From Candidatus Aceula lacicola (GTDB lineage Bacteria > Omnitrophota > Gorgyraeia > Zapsychrales > Aceulaceae): a DNA stretch of 64,000 nucleotides. This document shows positions 31,393-41,560 of this stretch, piece by piece; positions within the stretch are counted from its first letter, which is position 1; each line of letters starts with the position of its first letter. Under the pieces are notes generated by a model. The model made no database searches, was not told the DNA's origin, and worked only from the letters and a program-made list of their open reading frames with translations. The stretch spans positions 872 to 64,871 of the forward strand of contig JAVCCC010000048.1 in the NCBI GenBank assembly GCA_030765785.1. The letters run 5' to 3'. Both the position numbers and the translations under genes were made by a program.

Positions 31393-32484
31393 ATGCGAGA
31401 TTTAAGAATATCAATTGCAATTATTGTTACGGTGCTTCTTAGCGTGGGCGTTATAATGATTTTTAGTTCAAGCGGAATTTATGCGCTACAAGAATTAGGC
31501 TCGAGCACATATTTTTTGCAGCGGCATTTAGTTTATTTATGTGTAGGATTTATTCTTATGGCGCTTGTCATGGCTATGGATTATCGCTTGCTTTCGCAGT
31601 ATTCGAAACCAATCTTGATACTTTCAATTGTGACACTTGTTCTTGTCTTGATTCCAGGAATTGGAAAAGAAGTTTATGGAGCCCGGCGTTGGTTTCGATT
31701 TCTTGGTTTTGGATTTCAGCCTTCTGAGTTTGTAAAATTGGCGGTCGTAATTTATATGGCAGATTTCTTGGCTCGCAAACAAAATCGAATTAAGAGTTTT
31801 TTCTTTGGTTTTATCCCCGTGTTGTGTGTCTTAGGCGTTGTTTCTTTGCTCATTTTAAAGCAACCGGATCTTGGAACAACGGTATTAATTGCTATAGTTG
31901 TTTTCATAATGCTTTTTATTGCAGGAACGCGGATTGGATATTTGGCGAGCATTGTTTTTTTAAGCTTGCCTGCAGCATACTACTTAATCGCACTTGTTCC
32001 TTATCGGTTAAGACGCATCCAAGCGTTCTTAGATCCATGGAGCGATAAACAGGGCGCAGGTTTTCAACTTGTTCAATCTCAGATTGCTTTAGGCTCTGGG
32101 GGGATTTTTGGAATTGGGCTTGGAAAAAGTATGCAAAAATTGTTTTACCTTCCGGCAGCACATACAGATTTCATTTTATCCATTATCGGTGAAGAGCTTG
32201 GGCTTTTGGGGACAACAGCAATCGTTTTTCTTTTTGCTTTATTTGTTTGGCAAGGAGCAAGAATTGCTAAAAGAACGGAAGATCCATTTGGATACTTTCT
32301 GGCTATTGGGATTGTCGCTATGATTGGTTTGCAGGCGATTGTGAATATTGGTGTTAGCATCGGCGCTTTTCCGACGAAGGGTTTGCCGCTGCCGTTTATT
32401 AGCTATGGAGGCTCTGCGCTAATCATGCAAATGGTTTGCGTTGGAATTTTGCTTAATATTTCTAGAATACAAGATTTATTATAG
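31393..32484 (+). CDS. ftsW: SEDS peptidoglycan polymerase FtsW
   Basis: GARRW, QPSEFVK, QPDLGT, YLPAAHTDFI, GEELG, PFISYGGS. Confidence 0.96.
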   Translation: MRDLRISIAIIVTVLLSVGVIMIFSSSGIYALQELGSSTYFLQRHLVYLCVGFILMALVMAMDYRLLSQYSKPILILSIVTLVLVLIPGIGKEVYGARRWFRFLGFGFQPSEFVKLAVVIYMADFLARKQNRIKSFFFGFIPVLCVLGVVSLLILKQPDLGTTVLIAIVVFIMLFIAGTRIGYLASIVFLSLPAAYYLIALVPYRLRRIQAFLDPWSDKQGAGFQLVQSQIALGSGGIFGIGLGKSMQKLFYLPAAHTDFILSIIGEELGLLGTTAIVFLFALFVWQGARIAKRTEDPFGYFLAIGIVAMIGLQAIVNIGVSIGAFPTKGLPLPFISYGGSALIMQMVCVGILLNISRIQDLL

Positions 32485-32497
32485 AAAAAGGATGTTT

Positions 32498-33562
32498 ATG
32501 AAGATTATCATTGCAGCAGGAGGAACAGGAGGGCATGTGTTTCCTGCTGTTTCGGTTGCCAGAGAGCTAGTTAAACAAAACCAAGTTATTTTTTTCACAA
32601 CGGATGGGATTGCTTTTCAAATCATTAAGGATTCTGGGTTTGAGCCTTGGGCTGTATGCCAGAGAGGAATGTCGTCTGGAAATATTGTGATGTTTGCAAT
32701 AAGGATGATTCAAGCTATACGAGAATGCCTTTGCATTATTCTAAAAGTGTCACCTGATGCTGTTGTTGGCTTTGGCGGGTATCCGGCTTTTCCTATCGTC
32801 TTTTCTGCTTGGCTTTCAAGAATTCCCGTGTTGATTCACGAGCAGAACATTGTCCCTGGTAAGGCAAATCAGATGGCCGGTATGTTTGCAAATAGAATTG
32901 CAGTCAGCTTCCAAGAGACTAAGAAATACTTTTCTGATCAAAAATGTGTTTTAACGGGATGTCCATCTCGATTTCGTGACATAGAGAAACCAGCAGAGGA
33001 AGATTTTAGAAAGTTTGGTTTTAAACAAGAGAAGGTAACAATTTTGGTTTTTGGCGGAAGTCAGGCTAGCCAAAGAATTAATAGTATTTTTTCGGATGCA
33101 GCGGTTCTTCTGAAGGGAAACTTTAATTTTCAATTTATTCATCTTTCTGGAAAGGGTGATTATTATGCGTTGTATAAGAAGTATTTGAATAATAAATTGA
33201 ATTTTAAACTGTTTGATTTTCTGCAGGATATTGCACCGGCTTATCGCGTTGCTGATTTGGTTATCGCTCGTTCAGGAGCATCGACAATTTCGGAATTGAT
33301 TGTTTTTAAAAAGCCTTCAATTCTTATTCCTTATCCATCTGAGAAAGTGCACCAAAAAGAAAATGCTTTGGTTCTTTCAGCGGCAGGTGTCGCTACGATC
33401 ATCGAGGAGGCAAACCTTTCGGCATCACGTTTACACAACGAAATTATATCTTTTTTTAGAAAGAAAAGGTCACAGGCAAATTTTATGAAAAGTATGCAGC
33501 AGCTTCAAATGCCAGATTCAGAAAAGAAGTTGTCTCGAGAGATCGGTAAGCTAAAGAAATGA
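32498..33562 (+). CDS. murG: Lipid I N-acetylglucosaminyltransferase MurG
   Basis: GGTGGHVFP, GFGGY, HEQN..PG.AN, GGSQ, RSGAST; start moved to ATG 32498 (or 32492). Confidence 0.95.
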   Translation: MKIIIAAGGTGGHVFPAVSVARELVKQNQVIFFTTDGIAFQIIKDSGFEPWAVCQRGMSSGNIVMFAIRMIQAIRECLCIILKVSPDAVVGFGGYPAFPIVFSAWLSRIPVLIHEQNIVPGKANQMAGMFANRIAVSFQETKKYFSDQKCVLTGCPSRFRDIEKPAEEDFRKFGFKQEKVTILVFGGSQASQRINSIFSDAAVLLKGNFNFQFIHLSGKGDYYALYKKYLNNKLNFKLFDFLQDIAPAYRVADLVIARSGASTISELIVFKKPSILIPYPSEKVHQKENALVLSAAGVATIIEEANLSASRLHNEIISFFRKKRSQANFMKSMQQLQMPDSEKKLSREIGKLKK

Positions 33563-34332
33563 AGCGAATCACATATCTGTTACTTATAATTTTGTTTTTT
33601 GGTGTCATGCCGATATCGTCGGCATCTAATGAGTGGAATGATTTAAAGAGTCGTCATTTTATTATTTATTATAAAAATGCGCCTCGCGAATTTATTAAAA
33701 CGGTCGAGCAGTCCGCAGAGGATTATTATTTTGATATTGTTGACGAGCTCGGTTTCACACGTGATCAGATTTGGACATGGGACGAGCGTGTAAAGATTTA
33801 TATTTACGACAATCAGCAAGACTATCTCACATTAGCTCGACAAGCTAGCTGGTCTGCCGGATCAACAATGCTGGGATCAAAAGTGATTCGAACATTTCCT
33901 TCGGCGCACGGATTTTTTGACTCTTTATTGCCGCATGAATTAGGGCATATTATTTTTAGAGATTATGTTGGTTTTGAATCCAATATCCCGCTTTGGTTTG
34001 ACGAGGGTGTTGCGATGTATCAGGAAAAGGCAAAGCGTTGGGGAGCAAATCAGGAGGTTAAATCTGCTATTCAGGATAAAAGTTTTTGTAGTTTATCCGA
34101 TTTAAGGCTAACACGAAAATCATCTCAAAGTGATGTAAATTTGTTTTATGCAGAATCAGCCAGCGTCGTGTATTATTTAATTTCTGAATTTGGAAGCTTT
34201 AAATTCTTAAATTTTTGTCGTAATTTAAAAAAAGGTTTATCATTTAACCGAGCACTTAAGAAGTCATATTATCGCTTTGAAAATGTTAATGACTTGAATA
34301 AAACATGGGTTGGTTATTTAAAAAATGAATAA
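33559..34332 (+). CDS. Secreted peptidase MA-family (gluzincin-like) metalloprotease
   Basis: Signal peptide, HELGH zinc motif and downstream PLWFDEG third ligand; overlaps murG stop and murC start. Confidence 0.8.
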   Translation: MKRITYLLLIILFFGVMPISSASNEWNDLKSRHFIIYYKNAPREFIKTVEQSAEDYYFDIVDELGFTRDQIWTWDERVKIYIYDNQQDYLTLARQASWSAGSTMLGSKVIRTFPSAHGFFDSLLPHELGHIIFRDYVGFESNIPLWFDEGVAMYQEKAKRWGANQEVKSAIQDKSFCSLSDLRLTRKSSQSDVNLFYAESASVVYYLISEFGSFKFLNFCRNLKKGLSFNRALKKSYYRFENVNDLNKTWVGYLKNE

Positions 34333-35683
34333 ACATTATCACTTGATCGGTATTGGCGGTATTGGCGTTGGGACGCTGGCGTCTTTATTTTTAGATGACG
34401 GATTCGACGTGAGCGGATCTGATATCAAGGAAAACGACATGACAATGTCCTTGAGAGAAAAAGGAGCTAATATTTCTATAGGGCATAAGGCGGAAAATAT
34501 CTTAAGTCCGGATTGCGTGATTTACTCTTCAGCCATTTCAAAGGATAATTCTGAGATAGCAGAGGCGCAAAGGAAGAATATTCCTGTTGTCAAAAGAGGG
34601 CAAGCTCTCGCAGAGCTAGTTCGAACTAAAGAGGCAAGTGTCATCGCCGGAGCTCATGGCAAAACAACAACAAGCGCTTTGGTTGCACATATTTTAAAAG
34701 AGGGAGGGCTTGATCCTGCGGCTGCGATTGGAGGCGTTATTGAAAATGGTGGATACAGTGGGCGTTCAGGAAAGGGTAAGCATTTTGTTGTTGAAGCAGA
34801 TGAGAGCGATGGATCGTTTTTATATTTTTTTCCAAAATATGCCATTATTACGAATGCCGATCTTGAACACGTAGATTTTTATGAGAATTGGGATAATATC
34901 ATAAAGGCGTATGCAAAATTTATTGCGCAGATTGATCTGAATGGACATCTTTTTTATTGTGGAGACGATTCGGTTTTACGTAGTTTAGCTTGTGAATTTA
35001 AAGGACAGAAAACAAGTTATGGATTCGATAAGGACAATGACATTTTTGCCGATAAAGTGATGTGTTCCGGGTTTCAATCAAAGTTTTGTTGTATTTTAGG
35101 CGGAGAAAGAAAGGGAGACATTCAGCTTAATATTCCTGGACGTCATAATATTTGTAATGCACTTGCGGCTATTGGTCTAGCTTTAAAATTAGGTGTTTGC
35201 TTTGAATTAATACAAAAAAGTTTAGAAAGTTTTAAAGGTGTTCAAAGGCGTTTTTCCCATCATGGTGATTTTAATGGCATTTCCGTTGTTGATGATTATG
35301 CGCATCATCCTAAGGAAATTCTTTCGACTATCGAGGCTGCGAAGACATTTGACAAAAAAAGAATTTTTGTTATCTTTCAGCCGCACCGGTATTCTCGAAC
35401 AAAATATTTTAAGGATGACTTTGTTGATGCCCTAAAGGAGTGTGATCAGCTTGTCATCACAGATATTTATAGCGCCAGCGAAAAAGAGCAGAAGCAAATC
35501 ACGCCAAACATGATTTGTGAAGACATCAATAGGGCTAAGGCGGGGTTGGCTGTTTATAAGGAGTACAATGAAGTTGTTCCGCATATTTTAGAGAATGCTT
35601 TGTCTGGCGATTTGGTTTTATTCTTAGGCGCAGGGGATATTAATCGGCTTGCTGATGAGCTGGCTAATCAGTTAAGAAAATAA
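34325..35683 (+). CDS. murC: UDP-MurNAc--L-alanine ligase MurC
   Basis: GIGGIG, SGSD, AGAHGKTTTS, EADESDGSF, DDYAHHP.EI, FQPHRYSRT. Confidence 0.97.
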   Translation: MNKHYHLIGIGGIGVGTLASLFLDDGFDVSGSDIKENDMTMSLREKGANISIGHKAENILSPDCVIYSSAISKDNSEIAEAQRKNIPVVKRGQALAELVRTKEASVIAGAHGKTTTSALVAHILKEGGLDPAAAIGGVIENGGYSGRSGKGKHFVVEADESDGSFLYFFPKYAIITNADLEHVDFYENWDNIIKAYAKFIAQIDLNGHLFYCGDDSVLRSLACEFKGQKTSYGFDKDNDIFADKVMCSGFQSKFCCILGGERKGDIQLNIPGRHNICNALAAIGLALKLGVCFELIQKSLESFKGVQRRFSHHGDFNGISVVDDYAHHPKEILSTIEAAKTFDKKRIFVIFQPHRYSRTKYFKDDFVDALKECDQLVITDIYSASEKEQKQITPNMICEDINRAKAGLAVYKEYNEVVPHILENALSGDLVLFLGAGDINRLADELANQLRK

Positions 35684-35693
35684 GAGAAGAATT

Positions 35694-36677
35694 ATGTTTT
35701 ATATGAATCAGGATTTTAAAATTAATAAAGACATTTTCTCAAGACGCGTTGGCGTCTTAATGGGAGGGTGTTCATCTGAGAGGAACATCTCGATTAAATC
35801 AGGAACAGCGGTTGCTAAGGCCCTCAAAGATGGCGGATGCAATGTTGTGTCGATTGACATCACTTCTGAAGATAGGACAAAAGTGATTGAGCAATTGGTT
35901 GCTGAGAAGATTGACATTGCATTTATCGCCCTTCATGGACGATTTGGCGAGGATGGAAAAATTCAAGAAATTTTGAAATCTTTAAATATTCCATATACTG
36001 GATCTGGGCCAAAGGCTAACAGCTTAGCGATTAGTAAAATTTTGACCTATCGAGCGCTTAAAAATGAGGGAGTTTTGGTTCCGGCGCATATTGCTCTTTT
36101 TTTAGAATTTGATGATTATCAGAAAATCATTAGTGAGAAATTTCAAGGGCACCCAGTTGTAGTTAAGCCTTGCTCGGAAGGTTCTAGTATAGGTATTAGT
36201 ATTATTACAAATTATAATAATTTAAATGATGCGATAAAGAGAGCTTTTTGCTATGATAAAGAAGTTATTGTTGAGCAATATGTTTCAGGGAAAGAGCTTA
36301 CAGTAGGAATTTTAGGAACACAGGCTTTGCCGGTTGTCGAAATTCAGCCAAAAAATGATTTTTTTGATTTTTCAGCTAAATATGAAGCCGGAACAACTGA
36401 ATATATCGTTCCTGCTGAGATTGACAATGCCCTATCAGAAAAAGTTAAAGATATTGCTCAAAAAGTGCATCAGGCTCTGGGATGCGTTGATCTTTCTCGG
36501 GTTGACTTTATTTTAGATAAAAATGATAATCCGTATGTTTTGGAATTGAATACAATTCCAGGGATGACGGCCACAAGCCTTCTCCCAAAGGCTGCCTCAG
36601 CAGTGGGTATTGATTTTGTCCAACTTTGTTTAACACTTATACATTTGACCTATGGCACGAAAACCAAAAAGACGTAA
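35694..36677 (+). CDS. ddl: D-alanine--D-alanine ligase
   Basis: GG.SSER.IS..SG, LHGRFGEDG, EGSSIG, AKY, LELNTIPGMT..SL.PK. Confidence 0.96.
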   Translation: MFYMNQDFKINKDIFSRRVGVLMGGCSSERNISIKSGTAVAKALKDGGCNVVSIDITSEDRTKVIEQLVAEKIDIAFIALHGRFGEDGKIQEILKSLNIPYTGSGPKANSLAISKILTYRALKNEGVLVPAHIALFLEFDDYQKIISEKFQGHPVVVKPCSEGSSIGISIITNYNNLNDAIKRAFCYDKEVIVEQYVSGKELTVGILGTQALPVVEIQPKNDFFDFSAKYEAGTTEYIVPAEIDNALSEKVKDIAQKVHQALGCVDLSRVDFILDKNDNPYVLELNTIPGMTATSLLPKAASAVGIDFVQLCLTLIHLTYGTKTKKT

Positions 36678-37431
36678 AAAGCAAAAATTTAGTTTTTCAT
36701 TTTTCGGAAGCCCGATTATTCGCTATGCGGTTGCATTTCTTTTTTTAGCATTCATTGTTTTTGTTTCCGCAAGAAAAATTTATTGGATGTTTAAGGATTT
36801 TTCTTATTTTCAAGTTCAGAAGATTATTTCTTTGTCGGGAGAGAATTTTAAAGATCAAGAGCGTTTTTCTTATTTAAAGGGAAAAAATATTTTTGAAATT
36901 GATTTAGTTGAGCTTCAAAAACAGCTCAAGTGGGCTTATCCTCAGGCAGAGCGCATTCGGGCATTAAGGCGTCTTCCAGATGCGATTGCAATTGATCTGA
37001 TTGAGCGAACGCCTGCCGCTTCTGTTTACATTAATCGGGTAACCGTTGTGGTTGATTCAGATGGATTTGTTGTTTCAAAAACTTTGAAGAATAAGAGGCT
37101 GCCATTAATTTCGGGTATTCCAAATCGTGCTGGCAATGTCCTTGTTGGACGAGCTATTCCAGACAAAAGCCTCCAGACTGCACTTTTGATTTTAAAGACG
37201 TTTGTAAAAGAATCTATTTTTTTAGATGTTCATTTGAAAAAGATTAATGTTGGGAATCTATCAAAGATTTATTGTTATTTTAGCAATGGGATTGAGATTA
37301 TTGTTGACCAGGATGATATTGTTAAGAAAGTTAAAAGTTTAAAGATGATTGCTGGTAAGGCAAATCTAGAGATTTCTAATATTCGTTATATCGATTTGCG
37401 TTTTAAAGAGCCGGTTATTAAAGAAAAATGA
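36652..37431 (+). CDS. ftsQ: Cell division protein FtsQ/DivIB
   Basis: Basic N-terminus, TM, POTRA (LP..I.I...ER.P), C-terminal YIDLRF. Confidence 0.88.
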   Translation: MARKPKRRKKQKFSFSFFGSPIIRYAVAFLFLAFIVFVSARKIYWMFKDFSYFQVQKIISLSGENFKDQERFSYLKGKNIFEIDLVELQKQLKWAYPQAERIRALRRLPDAIAIDLIERTPAASVYINRVTVVVDSDGFVVSKTLKNKRLPLISGIPNRAGNVLVGRAIPDKSLQTALLILKTFVKESIFLDVHLKKINVGNLSKIYCYFSNGIEIIVDQDDIVKKVKSLKMIAGKANLEISNIRYIDLRFKEPVIKEK

Positions 37432-38654
37432 TTAAAGAAAAAATATATTGTGGGCTTGATTTAGGGTGTCAAAAAATCAAGGCTAGTATTATGCGTGCTC
37501 AAAAAGATCATGTGGATCTTCTGGGCGTTTCGCAGCTTAATACGCAAGGGCTGACAAGTTCATCCGTAAGTGATTTGCGAGAACTGTGCGACTGCATTCA
37601 TAGAATTTTATCCGGTTTGGCAAAGAAGACTGGAACAAAGGTTAAAAATATTAATTTGGGTTTTGGGGGACGTCTGATCGATAGCCGAGAAAGTCATGTG
37701 GTTGTTCCTTTGACAGACAGAGGAAGCAAGGTGATCACCTCGTTCGACCTTCGAAAAATTAATCGGCAAACTTGCCTTTTAGGTGTTGATTTGGATGAAC
37801 GATTATTCCATAATTTTCCGACGAAATATATTATTGATGGGTTTAATATCGCGACAAACCCTCTAGGGCTTTATGGACGCAAGATTGAGGCTAATAGCCT
37901 TTTGCTTGTTGCAAAGAATAATCTAGTTAACAATATGTACAAAGCTGTAAATCAAGCTGGCTTTGAGGTTTTGAATGTATTTTTTTCGTCTTTGTCGGCA
38001 GCAAAAGTTTGTCTTTCATCTCAACAAAAAAAGGATGGCTGCCTTTTTATTAGCATTGGCACAGAGGCAACAGATCTTTTATTTTTTAAGGACTATCTTC
38101 TCAAGGCCGTGCGCATTATTTCTTGGGGAGGGAATCATCTGACAAATGAAATTAGTGGAGCGCTTGGCCTTCCATTTGATTTGGCGGAGGATATCAAGCG
38201 CTCGTATGCTGTTGTTCCAGATCGTAGCAGCGAACAGGAAGAAGGTGAAATTTTAGTTAAACGGGATTCTGGATATATTCCAATACAGCGTTTAGATATT
38301 TCAAAGGCAATTTGTTTTTCTGTGAAAGAATTTATTTCTCAGATTTGCGAAGCTATAAAGAGTGTAGAGATTGGTAGTCATTTATCGGCTGGAATTGTTA
38401 TGAGTGGAGGGGGATCACTTTTACCTGGATTGCTTGAATGCATTGAGAAGGAAACTAAGCTTTCAACACATATGGGAAAAGTTAGCGTTGAGTCCAGACG
38501 TTTAAGTAGCCCGTCTGTTTATGCGGCTTCAATAGGGCTTGCGCAAGAGAGTCGTAAAGATTTGTTGAATAATATTTTTTCATCAAACGGGAATGCGTTA
38601 GTGTTTAAGCGTTTTTCGAATAGAGTTAAAGAAATTTATCAGGAGTATTTCTAA
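37428..38654 (+). CDS. ftsA: Cell division protein FtsA
   Basis: GLDLG..KI, GG..LT..I, AE.IK, SGGGSLL.G, C-terminal amphipathic helix (FKRFSNRVKEIYQEYF); follows ftsQ. Confidence 0.88.
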   Translation: MIKEKIYCGLDLGCQKIKASIMRAQKDHVDLLGVSQLNTQGLTSSSVSDLRELCDCIHRILSGLAKKTGTKVKNINLGFGGRLIDSRESHVVVPLTDRGSKVITSFDLRKINRQTCLLGVDLDERLFHNFPTKYIIDGFNIATNPLGLYGRKIEANSLLLVAKNNLVNNMYKAVNQAGFEVLNVFFSSLSAAKVCLSSQQKKDGCLFISIGTEATDLLFFKDYLLKAVRIISWGGNHLTNEISGALGLPFDLAEDIKRSYAVVPDRSSEQEEGEILVKRDSGYIPIQRLDISKAICFSVKEFISQICEAIKSVEIGSHLSAGIVMSGGGSLLPGLLECIEKETKLSTHMGKVSVESRRLSSPSVYAASIGLAQESRKDLLNNIFSSNGNALVFKRFSNRVKEIYQEYF

Positions 38655-38656
38655 AA

Positions 38657-39628
38657 ATGAATGATTTAAAGAAATCGCGTGTTGCAGTAACTGGCGGAGC
38701 AGGATGCATTGGTTCTTTTGTTGTTGATGAGGTGATTAAACGAGGGGTTAAGGAAGTCGTTATTGTTGACAATTTTACTCGAGGATTAAAAAAGAATATT
38801 GAGCCAGCGATAGCTTCGGGTTGTGCTCGGCTAGTCGATGGAGACATTAGAGACTTTGATTTAATGAAAAAAACATTTAAAGGAATTGACTATTGTTTTC
38901 ATTTGGCGTCATTAAAGATTATTCAGTGCGTTGATGAGCCGCGTCACGCCTTAGAGGTAAACGTTGATGGAACATTTAATGTTCTTGAGGCTTGCGCAGA
39001 CAATAATGTGAAGAAAGCTGTATTTTCGTCCACGGCGTCCATTTATGGACAAGCAGATATTTTTCCTATCAAGGAAACACATCATCCTTATAACAGTCAC
39101 ACGCTTTATGGTGCGTTTAAGGTTGCAAATGAGTTGATGTTTCAATCTTTTTATCAGATGAGAGGGCTGAAGTTTAATACGCTTAGGTATTTTAATGTAT
39201 TCGGTCCTCGCATGGACGCGCATGGAAAATATACAGAGGTTTTAATTCGATGGTATCGCTTGATCAAGGAAGGTAAACAGCCGTTGATTTATGGTGACGG
39301 AAAGCAAACGATGGATTTTATTTATGTTGAGGATGTTGCAAGGGCAACCGTTTTGGCGCTTACAGCAGATATTTATAATGGAGTTTTTAATTGCGCAAAT
39401 GGGAAAGAGACGTCGCTAGAGGAGCTTTGTTGTGCATTGCTTGAGGTGATGGGTTCTGATTTAAAGCCAAAATATGTGCCGATACCAGAGGATCGAAATA
39501 AAATTGAAGTGATACGTCGCTTGGCAGATGTTTCAAAGGCGAAAGAAGAGATTAATTTTAAAGCACAAGTGACCTTAAAAGAAGGATTAAAGGAATTGGT
39601 GAAATGGCTGGAAACTCAGAAAATGTAA
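38657..39628 (+). CDS. NAD-dependent nucleotide-sugar epimerase/dehydratase
   Basis: TGGAGCIG, SSTASIYG, YGAFK (YxxxK), LRYFNVFGPR, GDGKQT.DF.YVED. Confidence 0.92.
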   Translation: MNDLKKSRVAVTGGAGCIGSFVVDEVIKRGVKEVVIVDNFTRGLKKNIEPAIASGCARLVDGDIRDFDLMKKTFKGIDYCFHLASLKIIQCVDEPRHALEVNVDGTFNVLEACADNNVKKAVFSSTASIYGQADIFPIKETHHPYNSHTLYGAFKVANELMFQSFYQMRGLKFNTLRYFNVFGPRMDAHGKYTEVLIRWYRLIKEGKQPLIYGDGKQTMDFIYVEDVARATVLALTADIYNGVFNCANGKETSLEELCCALLEVMGSDLKPKYVPIPEDRNKIEVIRRLADVSKAKEEINFKAQVTLKEGLKELVKWLETQKM

Positions 39629-40887
39629 AGAAAATAATACCGATTACACGTCCGTTTTTTGGTGAAGAGGAGGTCGGTGCGGCATCCGAAGTCATTCGTT
39701 CAGGGTGGGTGACGCAAGGCCCTAAGGTAAAAGAATTTGAAGATGTTTTTGCTTCTTATGTTGGGTCAAAACATGCATGTGCTGTATCAAATTGCACAGC
39801 CGCACTTCATTTGGCTTTGTTAGCCGTTGGTGTTAAGCCAGGAGACGTTGTTATTACGGTCAGCCATTCTTTTATTGCAACGGCTAATAGTGCACGATAT
39901 TGTGGCGGTGAGCCAGTCTTTATCGATGTTGAAAAAGATGGTTTTAATATGTGCCCACAAGCCTTGAAGCAATTTTTGTCTAGTGAATGTGAGAAGCGGC
40001 CAAGCGGTTTGTTTTATAAAAACGTCAGCAAGCTTATTCGAAGCGAGTCGCCTTTATCGAGCCTCATTGGGGATGATAAAGGAAAGGTTGAGAATTTTGG
40101 GCGTATTGCTGCCATTGTTGTTGTTCATCAACTTGGCATTCCGTGTAATTTAAAAGAAATTTTGCCGATTGCGCAATCATATAAGATTCCTGTTGTTGAA
40201 GATGCAGCGTATGGAACGGGAAGCGAAATATCTTTGGATGATGGAAAAACATGGGAAAGAATTGGAAAGCCGCATGGAGATATTGCTTGCTTTTCATTTC
40301 ATCCAAGAAAGCCTATCGTGACAGGAGAGGGCGGTATGCTAACGACGAGCAATGAGGAATATGATGCATTATTTCGTCTGCTGCGGCATCAGGGCATGGC
40401 CGTATCCGACCTTGTTCGGCATCAATCAAAGAAAATTATCATCGAAGATTATATTGTGACTGGATATAACTATCGAATGACAGATATTCAGGCTGCTATT
40501 GGTATTGAGCAGTTAAAGCGATTGCCAGAGATGATGTGTCGAAAAAAAGAGGCAGCTCGGTTTTATTCTGAAAATCTCTCAGATATTTCTTGGCTAGAAA
40601 TATTTAAAGATTTATCTTATGCTCGCAGCAATGCGCATAATTATCCAGTTTTAATTGATAAGAACTCGCCAATGGATCGTGATTCTTTGATGCAGCACCT
40701 ATTGGATCGAGGTATTTCAACGCGCCCATGTGTTATGAATTCTCACTATGAAATTCCATACCGGTCCGATTTATGGTCGTTGCCAAATTCTGAAAACGCA
40801 AGGGACAACGGTCTTCTCTTGCCTATGTTTTATGAAATCACCGATGATGATCTTAAGAAAATAGTTGAGGAATTTAGAAATGTCTAA
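39604..40887 (+). CDS. DegT/DnrJ/EryC1/StrS PLP-dependent sugar aminotransferase
   Basis: SGWVTQGP, SNCTAALH, EDAA, SFHPRK (PLP Lys), GEGG, GYNYRM. Confidence 0.93.
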   Translation: MAGNSENVKKIIPITRPFFGEEEVGAASEVIRSGWVTQGPKVKEFEDVFASYVGSKHACAVSNCTAALHLALLAVGVKPGDVVITVSHSFIATANSARYCGGEPVFIDVEKDGFNMCPQALKQFLSSECEKRPSGLFYKNVSKLIRSESPLSSLIGDDKGKVENFGRIAAIVVVHQLGIPCNLKEILPIAQSYKIPVVEDAAYGTGSEISLDDGKTWERIGKPHGDIACFSFHPRKPIVTGEGGMLTTSNEEYDALFRLLRHQGMAVSDLVRHQSKKIIIEDYIVTGYNYRMTDIQAAIGIEQLKRLPEMMCRKKEAARFYSENLSDISWLEIFKDLSYARSNAHNYPVLIDKNSPMDRDSLMQHLLDRGISTRPCVMNSHYEIPYRSDLWSLPNSENARDNGLLLPMFYEITDDDLKKIVEEFRNV

Positions 40888-41533
40888 GAAATTACTCTTG
40901 TTTCCTTTTGGAGGTAGTGCGCGAGAAGCGTTTGTGACAATTCAGTCTTGTCCAGCCTTAGCGACCGAGTGGGATGTCATTGGTTTTGTCGATGATAATC
41001 CAGAAGCAAGAGAAAAAGAATGCTGTGGCGTTAAGGTTTTAGGAGGGCGCGAAGTTTTTGATGAGCATAAAGATGCTTATGTTTTAGCTGTTCCGGCACA
41101 TCCAGATATTTATTTAAAAAGAAAAGAAATCATTGATGGACTTAATATTGATTCCAAAAGATGGGCAACCATTGTTCATTCGTCTTGTGTTGTTTCTGAA
41201 GATACCAACATTGGAATAAATACTATTGTAATGCCTTTTGGCTTTGTTAGCACAAAAGTAAATATTGGAAATCATTGCGTTGTTTTATCAAGATCTATTA
41301 TTTCACACGATGTCCGTATTGCAGATTATTGTTGTTTTGGAGGGCATGTTACGATTTCTGGATCTGTGAAAGTTGACGAACAATCTTACATTGGGTCGTC
41401 TGTTACGATTCGTGAAAATATTCATATTGGAGAAAAGAGTTTAGTGGGAATGGGTTCCAATGTGATTTCAGATGTTGGCGCAAAGACAGTTGTTGCAGGA
41501 AACCCTGCAAAGGAAATTCGAAAAGCCGAATAA
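40880..41533 (+). CDS. PglD/NeuD-like sugar acetyltransferase (left-handed beta-helix)
   Basis: GFVDD, hexapeptide repeats, ISHD catalytic His, GNPAK; start moved to ATG 40880 (MSKK). Confidence 0.88.
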   Translation: MSKKLLLFPFGGSAREAFVTIQSCPALATEWDVIGFVDDNPEAREKECCGVKVLGGREVFDEHKDAYVLAVPAHPDIYLKRKEIIDGLNIDSKRWATIVHSSCVVSEDTNIGINTIVMPFGFVSTKVNIGNHCVVLSRSIISHDVRIADYCCFGGHVTISGSVKVDEQSYIGSSVTIRENIHIGEKSLVGMGSNVISDVGAKTVVAGNPAKEIRKAE

Positions 41534-41560
41534 CAAAACAAATTAATCAAGGAAGCGCAT

